64,000 bases of DNA from positions 6,975 to 70,974 of the forward strand of contig SVSN01000006.1 of assembly GCA_015064285.1 (NCBI GenBank), in the 5' to 3' direction. Both the position numbers and the translations under genes were made by a program. The notes below the pieces were generated by a model. The model was not told the DNA's origin and did not search any database. It saw only the letters and a list, made by a program, of their open reading frames with translations. This DNA comes from Oscillospiraceae bacterium. GTDB taxonomy: Bacteria; Bacillota; Clostridia; Oscillospirales; CAG-272. Shown piece by piece: positions 60,995-64,000 of this stretch; within the stretch, counting starts at the first letter, position 1, and every line of letters starts with the position of its first letter.

Positions 60995-62488
60995 TTATCT
61001 TTCTGCAAAAGCCCTGATGCTTTCACTCTTTTTGGCAACATCCTGATCCACCGATTTCTTCTTCTGCTGGATCGTAGAAGCAATGGACAGGTTGGCTTTA
61101 TTACCGAACTGAATGAATTCATCCCGGAACTTCCCGAAATTGTATACCATCATGGGATCGATCAGCCGGTTTTCGATAATAATATCCATCATCCCAGCGG
61201 ACTGCTCATCTCTGGAATACTTGGTTTTCAGGGATTCATCCACATAGGCGGGAATCAGGGTATAATGGGAATAGGCAGCCATCGCTTCCAGAATCAGCCC
61301 CACTTCTTCCAGCTGGTCACCGGCAGTGCTCACAGGAATGGACAGAATCCCGGTGGTATAGGGAGACAGCACACTCCAGTACTTTTCCTGCGTCTCATCA
61401 TACTTGGGCGTGGGCAGAATCCCGAAATCCGCATCGCTTTCCCGCATGGCCGTTACATCGTCCAGACGCATCCAGTAGAACAGGCCGTGACCGGTTTCAA
61501 ACAGAATCCGATAGAATTCGTCCGAGGTATCCTTATACTGATGGTGATTGAAGAACCAGTTTTCCTGCATCAGATCGTATATCTTCTGTGTCACATTGAT
61601 ATCCCGTTCCGTACCATAGGTGAACTGGAACATATCGTCCGTATCCTTTGTAACCATCAGCTGTCCGGAACCGTAATAGAACGCATACATGACATCGTTG
61701 CCCCCAAGGAAGCCGTAACGGTCATCCACAGTCATGGTTCCGTCCCCGTTCACATCCACATTGCAGACATCGGCATATTCCATGAACAGATCCATGGTCC
61801 ATTTTCCATCCTCCACGGTCGTATACAGATCCGGCAGATTGTTGTCTGCAGCCAGCTGCTTATTGAAGGCAATGGCAGTAGTGGCATCCTTGTCATTGAC
61901 ATTGATGGAGGAAGCCACAGCAGGCAGATACCCGCCAATGGACATAGACTGTACGGCATTCTGATCCCACCAGGACTTTGTAAAGTCGATGTGGGGCACA
62001 TGCATCAGATTTGCCAGATCGCCGCCGATGCAGAGCTCATTCATATACAGCAGAATGGGATAGACCACATCATAGGTGTTGTCACCGGACTGCACTGCCG
62101 TGTGTACATCCTTGTTGAAAGTACCGATGCTTCTGTTTTCCAGCACAATTTCCACATTGTAGTTTTCTTCCACATAGGTATTCCGGTTGAACACAGCATC
62201 GTTGATGGCTTCCCCGGTAAGCGCTTCGGCATCCAGGTCACGGCAGTCACGGATGCTGCCGATCCATTCCGGATGCTGCCAATGGAGAAAACGGATTTCA
62301 TCCCCGTTGTAGTCAGCTGTTTCCGGAATATCCGGTTCCAGGCGTGTTTCCTCCGTTTCGGCAGAGACAGCTTCAGTCTGCGCAGCGGTATCTTCCACCG
62401 TTTCCGTTTCGCCCTGAGAACAAGCCATCTGGGACAGCGCCATCAGCATCGCCAGCACAATGGCCGCCGTTCGTACACTATATTTCAT
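60995..62488 (-). CDS. extracellular solute-binding lipoprotein, paralogue 3
   Basis: It has lipobox LSQMACS and the blocks TGEAINDAVFNRN, KSWWDQ, SIGG, GKWTMD and DVNGDGTMTVDDRYG, shared with the other two SBPs. Confidence 0.85.
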   Translation of the reverse strand: MKYSVRTAAIVLAMLMALSQMACSQGETETVEDTAAQTEAVSAETEETRLEPDIPETADYNGDEIRFLHWQHPEWIGSIRDCRDLDAEALTGEAINDAVFNRNTYVEENYNVEIVLENRSIGTFNKDVHTAVQSGDNTYDVVYPILLYMNELCIGGDLANLMHVPHIDFTKSWWDQNAVQSMSIGGYLPAVASSINVNDKDATTAIAFNKQLAADNNLPDLYTTVEDGKWTMDLFMEYADVCNVDVNGDGTMTVDDRYGFLGGNDVMYAFYYGSGQLMVTKDTDDMFQFTYGTERDINVTQKIYDLMQENWFFNHHQYKDTSDEFYRILFETGHGLFYWMRLDDVTAMRESDADFGILPTPKYDETQEKYWSVLSPYTTGILSIPVSTAGDQLEEVGLILEAMAAYSHYTLIPAYVDESLKTKYSRDEQSAGMMDIIIENRLIDPMMVYNFGKFRDEFIQFGNKANLSIASTIQQKKKSVDQDVAKKSESIRAFAER

Positions 62489-62630
62489 ATCAGTATCCTC
62501 ACATTTTTATTTTTATTACGCCAATTATAATACATATATCCCGCTATATTGTGAACAATTCATGAATATTACTTTAAAACATCCGTATAAAGCAGATAAA
62601 AATACTGCAATTCCGTTTCCCGGAAGCACG

Positions 62631-62661
62631 AAAAAAGCGAGCACCTTTTCAGATACTCGCT
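62631..62661 (-). terminator. intrinsic terminator of the tRNA operon
   Basis: Minus strand has AGCGAG-14 nt-CTCGCT followed by TTTTT, directly after tRNA-Gly. Confidence 0.6.
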
Positions 62662-62664
62662 TCA

Positions 62665-62737
62665 AGCGGATTACGGGGCTCGAACCCGCCACCTCGACCT
62701 TGGCAAGGTCGCGCTCTACCAAATGAGCTAAATCCGC
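62665..62737 (-). tRNA. tRNA-Gly(GCC)
   Basis: Hand-folded cloverleaf with acceptor GCGGATT/AATCCGC, anticodon loop TTGCCAA and T-loop TTCGAGC. 73 nt; no encoded CCA. Confidence 0.85.
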
Positions 62738-62768
62738 ATATGTTGTGTGAATGGCTCAGACCCACACA

Positions 62769-62841
62769 TGCCTCCGGTCGGAATCGAACCAACGACACGA
62801 AGATTTTCAGTCTTCTGCTCTACCAACTGAGCTACAGAGGC
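62769..62841 (-). tRNA. tRNA-Phe(GAA)
   Basis: Acceptor GCCTCTG/CGGAGGC, anticodon stem GAAGA/TCTTC with loop CTGAAAA, T-loop TTCGATT. 73 nt. Confidence 0.9.
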
Positions 62842-62869
62842 GTATAATCGTTGGGGTTCCAACAACTGA

Positions 62870-62943
62870 CGACCCGAAGGGGACTCGAACCCCTGACCTC
62901 TAGCGTGACAGGCTAGCGTTCTAACCAACTGAACTACCGGGCC
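62870..62943 (-). tRNA. tRNA-Asp(GUC)
   Basis: Acceptor GGCCCGG/TCGGGTC (two G-U pairs), anticodon loop CTGTCAC, T-loop TTCGAGT. 74 nt. Confidence 0.9.
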
Positions 62944-62967
62944 ATTCGTACCCGATTGGATACGATA

Positions 62968-63040
62968 TGGAAACAATAGGGCTCGAACCTATGACCCTCT
63001 GCTTGTAAGGCAGATGCTCTCCCAGCTGAGCTATGCTTCC
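62968..63040 (-). tRNA. tRNA-Val(UAC)
   Basis: Acceptor GGAAGCA/TGTTTCC, anticodon loop CTTACAA, T-loop TTCGAGC. 73 nt. Confidence 0.9.
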
Positions 63041-63081
63041 ATGTTTTCATCGGAACTTGCGTTGCCGTGTCAACGTATGAT

Positions 63082-63110
63082 ATTGTATCACGTTGTCTTT
63101 TGTTTGTCAA
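63082..63110 (-). promoter_or_regulatory. sigma-A type promoter of the tRNA operon with AT-rich UP-like element upstream
   Basis: Minus strand has TTGACA (63110-05), 17 nt, TACAAT (63087-82). An A/T-rich stretch spans 63111-63150. Confidence 0.6.
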
Positions 63111-63211
63111 TAGGTTTTTGAAAAGTTTTTTATATTTTTATTTCTTTCGGCAGCGGATAGAGCATACAGCTTTTTTCTCCGTTCCCCCACACGCTGCCGT
63201 CCAGATATCTG

Positions 63212-64000
63212 TTATTCTCCCGCCGCATCCGGTTTCCGCAGAATAAACAGAACCTCTCCCATATAAATATCCAGCCCCGTATCCGAAGACTCTTCACAGG
63301 TACCTGTACAGTCGGTGGGAATGTATTGCTTCAGAAACCGCATTACTGCTCTGCCATTCAGCTGATGCAAAGATTCCCATTCCGCTGTAATCTCAAACCC
63401 GGCTGAAGAAAATACATCTCTCCAGGAGTCCTGCAGGATCAGTCTCACCGCCTCCCGCAGCTGCTCAAACGGAAACACACCGAACAGCCCGCCGTCCGCC
63501 TCACAGGTTTCATACAGCAGCGGCAGATCCACATCACAGTCTGCCCATTGTTCGCAGGCAATAAAATACCCTCCCGGCCGCAGGATCCGGTACACTTCAG
63601 CAATGCTCTTTTCCACACCGGAAGTATACAGCAAACCTGTATTACCATGAAAAGCACTGCTCTGGATGGCGTGGATCCCGGTCACATAAGATACCGTGTT
63701 GTCCCGGATGGGAATATCGTTATTGTCAAAGGATGCGGTACAGATATGGTATTCCGGAAGCTCATCCTGCAGGCACCCGTCCAGTGTACGCATGGTGCCT
63801 TCATCCATATCGGAGACACATACGGGTACGTCAGGGTATCTTCCCAGCAGATACGGGATCATACCCATGCCGAAATCACTGGCGATATCCAGCACCGGTT
63901 CCCCGTCCGCGGCAATCTTTGCGAAAATCTCCTGCAGCTCCGGCATATTGATCCACGGAAAATCCTCACCGGACACACGCTGACGGAACGAGTCCGCAAA
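63212..64000 (-). CDS. class I SAM-dependent methyltransferase (5' end may lie beyond the right edge)
   Basis: It has motif I VLDIASDFGMG and ILRPGGYF. The frame stays open from GTG 63976 to the window edge, so the start is unresolved. Confidence 0.75.
   Translation of the reverse strand, partial: FADSFRQRVSGEDFPWINMPELQEIFAKIAADGEPVLDIASDFGMGMIPYLLGRYPDVPVCVSDMDEGTMRTLDGCLQDELPEYHICTASFDNNDIPIRDNTVSYVTGIHAIQSSAFHGNTGLLYTSGVEKSIAEVYRILRPGGYFIACEQWADCDVDLPLLYETCEADGGLFGVFPFEQLREAVRLILQDSWRDVFSSAGFEITAEWESLHQLNGRAVMRFLKQYIPTDCTGTCEESSDTGLDIYMGEVLFILRKPDAAGE

Noticed and set aside
62525-62976. Two minus-strand ORFs (65 and 82 aa) in the tRNA region.
   Set aside because: They are read straight through tRNA-Gly, tRNA-Phe and tRNA-Asp, which fold into canonical cloverleaves. 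They have no SD.
62631-63211. The tRNA cluster as an integration hotspot or mobile-element boundary.
   Set aside because: No integrase, recombinase, phage or transposase gene is visible on either side, and there is no duplicated tRNA 3' end (att-like direct repeat).

Overview
This is a 64-kb chromosomal segment, roughly mid-50s %GC by eye, from a Gram-positive anaerobe. It is most plausibly a Clostridia/Oscillospiraceae (Ruminococcus-like) gut organism. That placement is an inference from a cohesin+dockerin protein, CotH, DUF4091, several lipoprotein solute-binding paralogues, GGAGG Shine-Dalgarno sites and sigma-A promoters with exact 17-nt spacers.

I support about 55 protein genes, one 19-codon sORF and a 4-tRNA operon (Val-Asp-Phe-Gly). 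I recognised no rRNA, CRISPR, transposase, integrase or phage genes.

Housekeeping content:
- aspartate kinase and a HIT protein
- trmK-nif3, and murA
- a WalRK-like two-component operon with YycH/YycI-like genes
- rluA-family synthase
- lepA-hemW

Accessory content:
- an ABC / DUF1854 / ABC cluster
- an ABC exporter overlapping a CotH gene
- DUF4091 plus a solute-binding protein (SBP)
- a PF09818-type ATPase locus
- an ECF sigma/anti-sigma pair next to a 919-aa transglutaminase-like, Cys-repeat, cohesin, dockerin protein
- an OYE / Zn-ribbon / SDR operon
- an aadA-like nucleotidyltransferase behind an XRE regulator
- three GNATs

Most interesting signals:
1. A self-contained mini-gene (consensus promoter, SD, 19-codon Cys-containing sORF) is followed by five interlocking copies of one short word. 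These form two terminator-shaped hairpins and two mutually exclusive alternatives in front of a PF09818 ATPase. The unit sits in a four-gene minus-strand locus of unknown function.
2. A recurring heptad TAAGARR array puts TAA in all three frames right at gene ends and brackets terminators as long imperfect palindromes.
3. Two ABC half-transporters each carry a ~215-aa N-terminal extension ending in a zinc ribbon, and they flank a DUF1854 gene.
4. A 318-bp tandem duplication in the cohesin/dockerin gene differs almost only at synonymous sites.
5. There is a 215-nt out-of-frame gene overlap.
6. A 45-nt direct repeat pair lies in the leader of the OYE operon.

All functional calls come from motif recognition by eye; no searches were run.
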